A stretch of 64,000 bases of DNA from Desulfosoma sp. GTDB taxonomy: Bacteria; Desulfobacterota; Syntrophobacteria; Syntrophobacterales; DSM-9756. Location of the stretch: the NCBI GenBank assembly GCA_037481835.1, contig JBBFKW010000013.1:84576-148575 (forward strand), written 5' to 3'. The notes beneath the pieces were generated by a model. That model was not told the origin of the DNA. It worked only from the letters and a program-made list of their open reading frames with translations, and made no database searches. Positions 29,506 to 38,361 of the stretch are shown here, piece after piece. The position numbers and the translations under genes are program-made. How positions within the stretch are numbered: the first letter of the stretch is position 1; each line of letters starts with the position of its first letter.

Positions 29506-31746
29506 CTAGTCGCTGTAATGAAACGAAACCACACGGGCGAGCCACGGCACCCAGCCGGGATTGATGTCCAATCCCCACCGCCGGATAGCCGCATCCGCCT
29601 GTTCGAGACGAAAAAACACGTCCACATGGGTGGGACTCAGGACCACCCGGGCGGGCCGAAACACAAGCCGCCGCAGGGTCCATCCGACTCGACGGTGGAG
29701 AAACAAGGCGACGATGCACCGCACGGCCCTGAAGAAGCCTTCGAGGAGGGGCGTGAGGGGAATGTTCGGGACGTGTGCGCATTCGTCATCGGACCTGGCC
29801 GACAGGTCGTGTGATAGCCCGAAAACCAAGCGGCCCGTGCGATCGGCCAGAACGAAGGAACCCCTTTGGGTCCGAAAGGTTTGGAACCCCAGCCGCCTCA
29901 TTGTCTGCGCTCGTTCCGTCAGGAGATCCACCCACGGCTCCGGGGGATGGAAGGAAAAATCGTCTGGAAGATCTTCCCCAAGGCATGAACCGCTGGGGAC
30001 CAACGCCCAATGGGGATCGTCATGGGGAAGGGGAAGAATTCGGCCCAAGAACCCGAGAAGGCACTCGCCCACGGCATGCCCTGATGGAAGGGGCCAGTCG
30101 AGGGAATCCTTCAGGCCGAGGAGCTCGAAAAGTCCGAGGAGGAAAAGGAAACCGCCGCAGGGGCTCCGGAGTCCCCCAAGAGACGGGAGGATGTCTCGAG
30201 ATTTTGCACCGTCTTGGACAAAGATCCTGTCGTGAAATGCCGCGGCGGCAAAAACACGCTCCCGTGCCGGCGAAGATCTCAAGGTCGGAGGGTGCGCCGG
30301 GGGGGCTTCGCCAGGGTGATGCCCAGCTCCCTGAATGTCTCGGGGATGGATTGGCGGAGGTCCTGCGACGCTCGGGGGCCGAGGAAAAAGCCCTTGCTGT
30401 GGGTCGGTGCCTTGAGTTCCGGCTCCCTTTGAGGGCGAAGCCTTGAGGCTGTGTTCCATGGGAATAAAGCCCTCTTCCGTCGTCGTGTCAGCGGTGGATC
30501 CATGGGGATCGGTGTGTTCAAAAAGATCTTCGGTCTTGAGAAAACCCTCCTCGGCCTGGGAGACGGCGGGCAGAAGGGGGGCTTCTTTTCGGAGCCTGCC
30601 AATGCCGGGGGCGGCGTAGGTTTTCCTTTCCGCTTGTTTTCTTTGGAGGGCTCGGGTCCTCATTGGAGATGCGCGATCGGCCCCTATTACCGGGATGGGC
30701 GCCCCGGGTTGGGAAAAAGACGGCGCTCCCGGACCGTCCCAGTGTCCGTTTTGAGCCCCGTGGCCACAAGGCTGCGCCGTCATCGTAACGGGCGGGTGAT
30801 TGTGCTCGTTCGGGGGCGGAACCTGGTTGTTGGCCTTGTCCGGTAAAGGGCTTTTCGCAGGGAAGAGAGCCGGATCGGAAACTTCCGGCCTTTCCAAAAG
30901 AAAATCCTTCCATGATCCTTTCCGTGGCCGAAAAGCCGGGCCGTGCGGCGCGCCGTGATCGCTTGTCGCCCGCGGAGACAAGCTCTGGCGCTCGAACACG
31001 TTTTTTCGATGGGACGGGTGGCGAAGCCATAAGAGCAGCGCAAGGAGCCACAGGGTTCTCGGATCCCTAACACCCCACCGGCCGATTCGGCTTTGGATGC
31101 ACCGGCGTAGACTTTCGTCCAGACCCATGAGGAAACCCGCCAGGGTGGAACCTTTCGAGAACTGAAGGCTTTGCAGTTCCGGAGGATCTTGGAAACCGAA
31201 GAGGCCGAGCAGTTCCCGGCCGTCCTCGATTGACAAGGCGTCCAAGAGGCATTCCAGGCGATGGGCGGCGAGAAGAACCGCCAAGACACGGCCCATGGCG
31301 GCCTGCGGAAGGGAGCAGCGGCCCGCCGTTTTCATGAGCCGGGGGAGTTCGTGGGTGCCGTATCCCCCGTTCCAATCCGGCACGGCCCCTTTCCAGAACC
31401 ACTCCCGGGGAACCCGACCTCGGGCCAGTTGCAGGGCGAGGAAAGCCATGGGTTCCAGGGCATCTTGGAACCATACGACAGGAGATCGGGCGGCATCGGG
31501 GGAAGTCGCCGCAACGGCCTGCGCGGCCAAGAGCCGACCGGTTTCGTCCAGCTGCTGCGCCGTGGCGAGAAACCCTAAAGGCCCTTCGGGAAAACGGAGC
31601 CTCAAGGATCGCACAATCACCAGGGCGTTCGGGGGGATGCCGGGGAAAGACGCCGTGCGCAAGGCGTTTTCCACGCCGTGCACGATTCGAGACACGGCGG
31701 CCAATCGGGATCCCCGCACAGTGAGTTTCCGAATCCGGCAGTCCAT
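29506..31746 (-). CDS. eCIS protein, putative tape-measure-like (Afp14 position)
   Basis: Directly upstream of the ATPase; ordered N- and C-termini (RRWGLDINPGWVPWLARVVSFHY) around a Pro/Ala-rich low-complexity middle. Confidence 0.6.
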   Translation of the reverse strand: MDCRIRKLTVRGSRLAAVSRIVHGVENALRTASFPGIPPNALVIVRSLRLRFPEGPLGFLATAQQLDETGRLLAAQAVAATSPDAARSPVVWFQDALEPMAFLALQLARGRVPREWFWKGAVPDWNGGYGTHELPRLMKTAGRCSLPQAAMGRVLAVLLAAHRLECLLDALSIEDGRELLGLFGFQDPPELQSLQFSKGSTLAGFLMGLDESLRRCIQSRIGRWGVRDPRTLWLLALLLWLRHPSHRKNVFERQSLSPRATSDHGAPHGPAFRPRKGSWKDFLLERPEVSDPALFPAKSPLPDKANNQVPPPNEHNHPPVTMTAQPCGHGAQNGHWDGPGAPSFSQPGAPIPVIGADRASPMRTRALQRKQAERKTYAAPGIGRLRKEAPLLPAVSQAEEGFLKTEDLFEHTDPHGSTADTTTEEGFIPMEHSLKASPSKGAGTQGTDPQQGLFPRPPSVAGPPPIHPRDIQGAGHHPGEAPPAHPPTLRSSPARERVFAAAAFHDRIFVQDGAKSRDILPSLGGLRSPCGGFLFLLGLFELLGLKDSLDWPLPSGHAVGECLLGFLGRILPLPHDDPHWALVPSGSCLGEDLPDDFSFHPPEPWVDLLTERAQTMRRLGFQTFRTQRGSFVLADRTGRLVFGLSHDLSARSDDECAHVPNIPLTPLLEGFFRAVRCIVALFLHRRVGWTLRRLVFRPARVVLSPTHVDVFFRLEQADAAIRRWGLDINPGWVPWLARVVSFHYSD

Positions 31747-31819
31747 GGCAAACCGCCTGAAAAATCTTAGGGATATCTGTCAATCAAGGCGGAACCCCGC
31801 CTGACGCATGTCCCGCGGG

Positions 31820-34800
31820 CTATAGGATTCGGGCCTTGGCGCCGGCGGACACGGCGAAGGTCGGGGTGTCGCTTCCAGTGACCTTCACTCGCACTTCAAG
31901 ACCGCTCATATCGTCCACGATCCCGCGAATGGTTCCGCCGGCAGACGTTTCGACGGACACCTGCATGCCGAGACGCACCTGTCCCTTATCGATCACCAGG
32001 GTCAGGCGATCGCCGACGCGCCCTGTTGCGGCGACGGGGGCGTGTCCTGAAACGATTTGCCCCACCGGGGCATGGGCGGCCAAGAGCAGGGCCACGCGCA
32101 CCACATCGTTCATAAAGGCCAGGGCCTCGGGGATGAGGGCGTTGGTTTTGGAGAAGAGCCAATCCACGAAGCTTTGCAGGTCCCGGCGCAATTCCAGGGA
32201 CAGTTCTCCCCAGCGGGACAGGACGCTCAGCTGCCGTAAATCCGACGGGGCGTCGAATTGGCTGATCTTTTGAGCCCACAGAAGACGCACAGCCGGGGGC
32301 ACCCGGCCTGTTCGAGCGTAGAGGCAGGTCGCCACGTCCTCCATGGATGCCACTTCCTGGGCGGCCGCTCGAGCCGTTTGGGAGCGCCCTAACGCGCCAC
32401 CCAGCAGATCGTTGACCGACAGGGTGTGTTCGGCCTGTTCCCTGAGTTCTTTGAAGGACAAACGGTCTAAGGCCTCGAGGTCCAATGCCGCCTTGTTTTC
32501 CCAGCGGATCTGGGCGGCTTTGTCGTAGGCCGTCGTCACGTGGTGGGCCGCCGCCGTCACATCGGCTTTCCACACCGTTGAGGGGACCGCCGCGTGCGAC
32601 ACCGCTTTGGCGTCGTCCGAAGCGATGCCGGCCGCCTTTTTGGCCGAGACGAAAAGGTCCCGGATCTTTTCGGGGCGGTTCAAATCGCCCAAGAGCTTTT
32701 GCAGAGCGGGGAACCAGGCAAGGGGCATGGCGCGCAGGTGGCGAAACATGGTTTCCAAGTCGTCCGGAGCTTCTTGGTCGCCTCCAAGGCACGCCGGGAT
32801 CGCGGGAACCCACACGGAGCCCAGTTTGAGGCGGGGCTTGCCGTCCCGGGTGATGGAAGCGCGTCGGGGACGGGCATAGACGATGAACGGCACGTGGTGC
32901 TTGAGGATTTCCAGGCGACGGCTGTTGATATCCGCCACTCGCACGTTTTCTTCCTCCAAAAGCCATCGGGCCGTGACGAGATCATGGCGTTTTTCCGCCA
33001 GGGCATCGTCGACGGCTTTGAGGGCCTGGGCCCATTCCTGCGCGATGTCTTGGAGGGTTTTCAGGCATTGGACGCACTGTTCCCGAACCGCCTGGTAGTC
33101 CAAGATCCGCATTTCTATGCGCCGAAGGATACCCACGGCACTTTCCAGCGCCGTGACCCCGGCGGCCAGAAACGCAGGTTCGTCTGGCGAATCCGGGTCC
33201 GGGTCGAAGACTCCTGAAACGATCAAGAAGGGCAAGGATGTATCGCCCAACCGGACATTGCGGTGAGCCAGCAGAACGGGAAAAGCCTCCCCCAGGGCCT
33301 CCTGATCCTGGGCACTAAGTCCTTTCAAGCGCACAAGGATGTAAGAACCGTGGGATTCGATCCGCTTTTGCAGGCGTTCCACGGCGTTTGGGTACTTTTC
33401 CCTGAAGCGGTCGAATTCGGCGCGGGGGAACACAGCCGTGCTTGCGTCGGATACGGGAACTTCAACGTCCGAGAGCTCAATGGGGATTTCTTGGATGCGA
33501 TGGACGATATCGGCCTTGGTGGCTACGGCATAATTTTTTGCCTCCGGGGCCAAGGGGTCGGCGATCCTTTCGGCCACCGTGGTGGTGCGAAAATCCGGCA
33601 CCTTGCCCACAATGGGGTTTTTCAACTGCACGTCTTCCCGGGTCGCCCCCGCTTCGATGGACACGCTGTCCCTGAAGAGATCGAGAGCTTTGCGGGAGGT
33701 CACAGCGGTTTGGGCGGCACGGGACACCGGGTCCTCTCGAAATCCTGTCCCTTCCGCGCCGCTCAAGGCCGCCCTCGGAGACGCCGCCGACCTTGGGGAG
33801 GGTTCCGGGGATTGCGGCAATTTCATCTTTTCAAAAAACGTCTTGAGGTGCTGTTCCGTCGCGTAACTCGTTTCCCCTCTGGCGATGTCGGCGAGAATCG
33901 GGCTTGTGGCGAGTCTTGTCGCCTTTTCATCTCCCAGCAGAACTTGGCGCATGCGGTAGATATCCGTTTGCACCTTGAGGAACCCCAGGTCCACGGCATC
34001 GTTGCTGCGCTGGATTCCTTGGTCCAAGCCTTCGATGAAGGCGGCCAGATCCCGGTACTCGGGATCGTCCACCGATCCCGTTTTCAGTCGAGCCAGAGCC
34101 TGTGTTTCCGCAGGGGTCAAGGAGTAGGGCTTGAGGGTTTTATCCACGAGAACCCTCAATGCCTGGAGGGTTCTGTTCTTGTAGACGTCCCTGAGCATGG
34201 CCTCGGAAAGGACCGTTTCGCCGACTTGCGCGTCCGGGTCGGGATCTGGATAGACGGGAATCGCCCCCCTTTGGAAAGATCCGACGACGATAGGCGCTTG
34301 GTCTCGAAGATCGCTCCGGCGCCCCAAAAGCACACCGATTTCTTGCAGCAGGGCGTCGATGGTGCGCTGCAGGGAGGGGTCCGCCTGTTCCTTGACCAAG
34401 AGCTTGGGATCGTAGTGCTGTTGCGCAACGGGCAGATACAGCATGAGGGCGTCGGCCGTGTCCAGGTCCACGGGCTTTAAGGATGCCGCGGCTTCCACGA
34501 CCCACTCCACCTGTTCCATCGGAATCGGCGTCGCTTCCAATCGATAGGAACCGGGAAAGAAATCGCAGCGTCGGGTCTGGGCATCCAAGACGCTTATGGG
34601 CACGATCCCGACAGGCGGCAAGTAGCGCACATGGTTCGACACCTCAGTCAGAGCACACCCTGAAGCCAAAAGATCCCTAAGATGATCGTGGAGTTGTTCT
34701 ATCCGGGCCTGCCACAAAAAGGGCGTGCCCCGGCTTGGGAAAAGGGGCGGTTTCGGCCTCGGGGCGCCGCCTCGGCGCACCACGCTCCATCGGTCCACAA

Positions 34801-35575
34801 ACAGGACGGTTCCGTCCCGGGCCACGTGCATCAACGCGATGGGAAGGCCCAGCTCGTCCCAGGGGAACACGCCATCGGCTCCCGAGAATGCGGCTTCGTG
34901 GGAAAAGATCCGATAGGCCAGGGCGTTTCGGAATCGAGATCCGGCTGCGGGAAGCCGCCCCAGAGCCGTCGGCCAGGGCATCCACACCACGCGGCATCCG
35001 TCCACGCGACGATAGTCCTCGTAGGCCTCTTCAGCCGGATCCAGGGCGCAGGGGTCCAGTTCATCGGGCATGCCGGGAATTTCTCCAGAAATGGGCTGCA
35101 AAATGACAATCCCCACCCCTTGAGGCGGCGTGGCTTCTTTGCTCATCACGGCATCGTAGGAAGGGATTTCATCCACAAGGATCTTGAGAAGGCGGGGGAC
35201 GACCACATCCTCCCCGTTGGCGCATAAGCCTCGACCCGGAGAAATGGTGAGGCCATATCGTCGGCGAGGAGCACGGGTCACTTCCGTGGTCGAAGAGGCT
35301 TCCGAGCCGCCTCCCTCGGGACCTTCGGCTTGCGGGACAGGTTCGAGCCCCACTTCAAGGCCGAAAACCACGCCGGCAGACCGTTCCATGCCTGTCAGGG
35401 CCAGGTGCCGCATGCGGTGTGTGGCTTCCAAATCCAGGCTGCTTCGGGTGAGGGTCCTTCCGGGATAGTGGTTCAAACGGCGAAGGAAAGCGTCGCTCAC
35501 CCGTGCCGCCGGGGCGGGTTCGACGGCCACGGCGCGTTCTCTGGCAACCCGCTGGAAAGACGGGGCGATTTTCAT
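31820..35575 (-). CDS. Large eCIS accessory protein, 1251 aa (fibre/baseplate-attached type N-terminus, coiled coils)
   Basis: RRLNHYPGRTLT...GVVFGLEV N-terminus paralogous to the two upstream genes; ATGA overlap. Confidence 0.75.
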   Translation of the reverse strand: MKIAPSFQRVARERAVAVEPAPAARVSDAFLRRLNHYPGRTLTRSSLDLEATHRMRHLALTGMERSAGVVFGLEVGLEPVPQAEGPEGGGSEASSTTEVTRAPRRRYGLTISPGRGLCANGEDVVVPRLLKILVDEIPSYDAVMSKEATPPQGVGIVILQPISGEIPGMPDELDPCALDPAEEAYEDYRRVDGCRVVWMPWPTALGRLPAAGSRFRNALAYRIFSHEAAFSGADGVFPWDELGLPIALMHVARDGTVLFVDRWSVVRRGGAPRPKPPLFPSRGTPFLWQARIEQLHDHLRDLLASGCALTEVSNHVRYLPPVGIVPISVLDAQTRRCDFFPGSYRLEATPIPMEQVEWVVEAAASLKPVDLDTADALMLYLPVAQQHYDPKLLVKEQADPSLQRTIDALLQEIGVLLGRRSDLRDQAPIVVGSFQRGAIPVYPDPDPDAQVGETVLSEAMLRDVYKNRTLQALRVLVDKTLKPYSLTPAETQALARLKTGSVDDPEYRDLAAFIEGLDQGIQRSNDAVDLGFLKVQTDIYRMRQVLLGDEKATRLATSPILADIARGETSYATEQHLKTFFEKMKLPQSPEPSPRSAASPRAALSGAEGTGFREDPVSRAAQTAVTSRKALDLFRDSVSIEAGATREDVQLKNPIVGKVPDFRTTTVAERIADPLAPEAKNYAVATKADIVHRIQEIPIELSDVEVPVSDASTAVFPRAEFDRFREKYPNAVERLQKRIESHGSYILVRLKGLSAQDQEALGEAFPVLLAHRNVRLGDTSLPFLIVSGVFDPDPDSPDEPAFLAAGVTALESAVGILRRIEMRILDYQAVREQCVQCLKTLQDIAQEWAQALKAVDDALAEKRHDLVTARWLLEEENVRVADINSRRLEILKHHVPFIVYARPRRASITRDGKPRLKLGSVWVPAIPACLGGDQEAPDDLETMFRHLRAMPLAWFPALQKLLGDLNRPEKIRDLFVSAKKAAGIASDDAKAVSHAAVPSTVWKADVTAAAHHVTTAYDKAAQIRWENKAALDLEALDRLSFKELREQAEHTLSVNDLLGGALGRSQTARAAAQEVASMEDVATCLYARTGRVPPAVRLLWAQKISQFDAPSDLRQLSVLSRWGELSLELRRDLQSFVDWLFSKTNALIPEALAFMNDVVRVALLLAAHAPVGQIVSGHAPVAATGRVGDRLTLVIDKGQVRLGMQVSVETSAGGTIRGIVDDMSGLEVRVKVTGSDTPTFAVSAGAKARIL

Positions 35576-37467
35576 GATTCCACGCTCCTCATGACCTTTC
35601 GAACATATTCTGCGATGGCTTGGGGCTTCACGGCCGTGTCGACGACCATCCGTGTGAGCTCTCTCATGAACTTTTCTTGTTCCTCAGGTTTGAGACGCCG
35701 CATGAGCTGGTCAATTTCGGGGACGACCTGAGCCTCGGCCAGTTTCTTTCGAATGCCGTCATTTCTTCGCCGGGCCTCCGGATCCACCGAGCCGTCAGGA
35801 CGGGTTTCGGGTTCCAGAAGAGTTTCCTCCACCAACCGAAGACCTTCCCCCAAATTTTCGTCGTCGTAGCGTCTCATGATTTCCCGTGCCGCGCCTGCAT
35901 CGAGCCTTTTCACCTGTTCCAGTTCTCGAACAACGGCTTTCAGGAGGGTTTCAGATTCCCGGAATTTGCGGGATGTGAGCAGGCTTGCCATGACCAGGTC
36001 CGCTTCCGCACTGGCCCGCACCTTGAGCCGCGTGTATTTGTCGGCCAGTCCCTTTTCCTTGAGGTAGGCGCGCATGGCGCGTTCGTCCCGAAACTCGTCG
36101 GCCAGCACCGGCACCTTGGCGCCGACCACATCATCGCGGTAGTTGAGGTTTCTGCGGCGCACGTACCACAGCACCGACTGCTGGGCGATCAAGGAGGCCC
36201 ATCGGGATCCGGCCGTGAGAGAGACGGCCGCCGGGGTTTCTGTCGTTCGGGTCGTTTCGTGCAGCAGGGCCAGGTACGAGGCTCGGCTTTTCCGGGCCGT
36301 ATTCGCGGAAGGCAATGGGGTTTCCAGGGTTTCCAGTTCGGCGGCGGCCTGCCGGAACTTGTTTCTCGGCAAGGGAATGCAAACCAAGACGGATGTGGCC
36401 GCCAGAGCTTCTTCGGGAGCCGTGAGGTCAATGGGCGGCAGGAGGAAACTTTCTTCAACAAGGCATGGGAGTTCGTCTTCCGGAATAATGGACAGATCGA
36501 CCTGGACCGCCGGGGGAAAGAAGGTTTGAGTCAAGGTTTTGGCGTCGAGCGCGGCTGCAGGAAGGAGTCCCGCGGGAGGGAGGGATAGGAAATGATCGGA
36601 AGCCGCAAAAGCAGCCGGTTGCCCTGCCGAACGGCGCGCATCCGCGATGTCTTGGAACATCCGGCGGGCCTGTTGGAAATGGGCCGCACGAACAGGCCGC
36701 GGGGCCATGCCGAGGCCGAGGACATCGCTTTCGGCCGATCCCATGTCTTGGCGAACCATGGGGACGTCTACCCATCGGACGAAACCTCGGTCCAGTTCCA
36801 CCATGGCCAGGGGCAGTGCAGACGGGGGCGCGGCATAGCCGGTGCCTTTGACGAAAATATCGTGAGCGGCGGCCGCGCGGCGCAGCGCGGGATTTTCCGT
36901 GTTTTCACCGACATCGTAAGGGATCAGCGTCAAAAGGACCGCTTCCACGATCTCTCCGTCTTCAACCCGGCGCTCTTCGCCCAACCGTGTGGGGTAGGCC
37001 CCCGTGGGGTTGGCCGTAAATTCCACGGCTCGGGCGGCAAGCACAAAGAGTCCGCTCAAGGTGCGCCAAGGGGGTGCTGGAGTTTTGGAGAACCCCAGCA
37101 TGCGGTTGATGTGGTCCAGGGAGGGGAGGTTTCCCAGGTCCACATCCACGTCCTGGGCCAAGACGATCCGCTCCCCTCCGGACGCAATCCCGAAGCCCTT
37201 TTCCACGCGGAGGTTTGTCGCCTTGGATCCCGGGTAAACCCAAAGGCCGCGCACGACTCCGTACCCGACGGCTCCCGAGAGGTCCGCCTGGCGTGTCATG
37301 AAGTAGGTTTGCTCCCGTTGGAGATCCCGGGCCGTGAGGAAGCGGCCGTCGAACCACAGCGGGCGGGTTCTACGGGTGTCCGCCACGAGAAGCCCGGCAT
37401 CGGACAGCTGCTTCAATGTCTGCCCGTCCACGGGCACGCGTCCCAGTCTCGTCACCCAATCTGCCAT
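35572..37467 (-). CDS. eCIS accessory protein, 631 aa
   Basis: RPLWFDGRFLTARDLQREQTYF...GVVRGLWV motif; tight operon coupling. Confidence 0.75.
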   Translation of the reverse strand: MADWVTRLGRVPVDGQTLKQLSDAGLLVADTRRTRPLWFDGRFLTARDLQREQTYFMTRQADLSGAVGYGVVRGLWVYPGSKATNLRVEKGFGIASGGERIVLAQDVDVDLGNLPSLDHINRMLGFSKTPAPPWRTLSGLFVLAARAVEFTANPTGAYPTRLGEERRVEDGEIVEAVLLTLIPYDVGENTENPALRRAAAAHDIFVKGTGYAAPPSALPLAMVELDRGFVRWVDVPMVRQDMGSAESDVLGLGMAPRPVRAAHFQQARRMFQDIADARRSAGQPAAFAASDHFLSLPPAGLLPAAALDAKTLTQTFFPPAVQVDLSIIPEDELPCLVEESFLLPPIDLTAPEEALAATSVLVCIPLPRNKFRQAAAELETLETPLPSANTARKSRASYLALLHETTRTTETPAAVSLTAGSRWASLIAQQSVLWYVRRRNLNYRDDVVGAKVPVLADEFRDERAMRAYLKEKGLADKYTRLKVRASAEADLVMASLLTSRKFRESETLLKAVVRELEQVKRLDAGAAREIMRRYDDENLGEGLRLVEETLLEPETRPDGSVDPEARRRNDGIRKKLAEAQVVPEIDQLMRRLKPEEQEKFMRELTRMVVDTAVKPQAIAEYVRKVMRSVES

Positions 37468-37473
37468 GGCGCT

Positions 37474-38361
37474 TTACCTCATTGAGCCGGTCAACCAGAC
37501 CAGCTCGGCTGTGGAAAAGGAAAACAGGCGAAGGTCGTTGAAAACCTCCACATCCCGGGACGTGTCCCGGACCACCGGTGGCCCCGGATGGGCCGGGATG
37601 ACCACCCGCGCGAGGAAAAGCTCCGTCCCGTCTTGGTCCGGTGTGTGTTCGGGAAGACGGCGCAGCCGGGAGCCTCCATTGTCCCACAGGGTGGCTTCCG
37701 TCCAGGCTTCCCGTAGCTTGTAATCCACGATCCGTTGGCGCCGTTCGGCCGGGTCGGGGATGGCGTCCAGAGAAGGAAAGGGCCTTTGGGGAACGGCAGG
37801 GTCGGCTTCTTCCCGGAGGACAAGACTCAGTCGGGTGCCGTCTCGGATGCGGGACGGCGCCACCCCGTCCAATTGATCCAGATCGCCCGTGGCGAAAGCC
37901 GGTCGAGTGCCGTGGAGGCAACAGACGGCGGCGATGAAGACATCGGCCCACACGCCCGCCGGGAAATCTTCGGTCCCCTCGTGATAGGCGTTGGACAGTT
38001 TGTCCCGCCCGACGGCATCCGCCGCCTGTTGGTCGAACCACAAGCCCAGGCGCAGGCACAAGGGACGGCGCACCTCAATGAACCGTCCCAAACGGTCCAG
38101 GGCCAACCCGGGCGTCACCACAAGTTGTTCAGGATGCTCGCCTTCCGGCGGCGCGACGCGAGCCTGCCGGGCAGGAACCCATTGGACTTCAAGACCGGCG
38201 ACGGTGCCCGAACCGTGAAGGGAGGCGGCAAGGCGTGCGAGTCGACTGCGATGATAGGTCTGCTCGTCCTGAAAATCTTCCGCGTCCAGCAGCATGCCCG
38301 TGGCGTAATAAAGCCGATCCGGCACCACGGGGCGGATCAAAGGATCGTCCGTGCGGCTCAT
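37474..38361 (-). CDS. eCIS accessory protein, 295 aa
   Basis: RLYYATGMLLDAEDFQDEQTYH...GTVAGLEV...PGLALDRLGRFI motif; AAGGAGG RBS; ATGA overlap. Confidence 0.78.
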   Translation of the reverse strand: MSRTDDPLIRPVVPDRLYYATGMLLDAEDFQDEQTYHRSRLARLAASLHGSGTVAGLEVQWVPARQARVAPPEGEHPEQLVVTPGLALDRLGRFIEVRRPLCLRLGLWFDQQAADAVGRDKLSNAYHEGTEDFPAGVWADVFIAAVCCLHGTRPAFATGDLDQLDGVAPSRIRDGTRLSLVLREEADPAVPQRPFPSLDAIPDPAERRQRIVDYKLREAWTEATLWDNGGSRLRRLPEHTPDQDGTELFLARVVIPAHPGPPVVRDTSRDVEVFNDLRLFSFSTAELVWLTGSMR

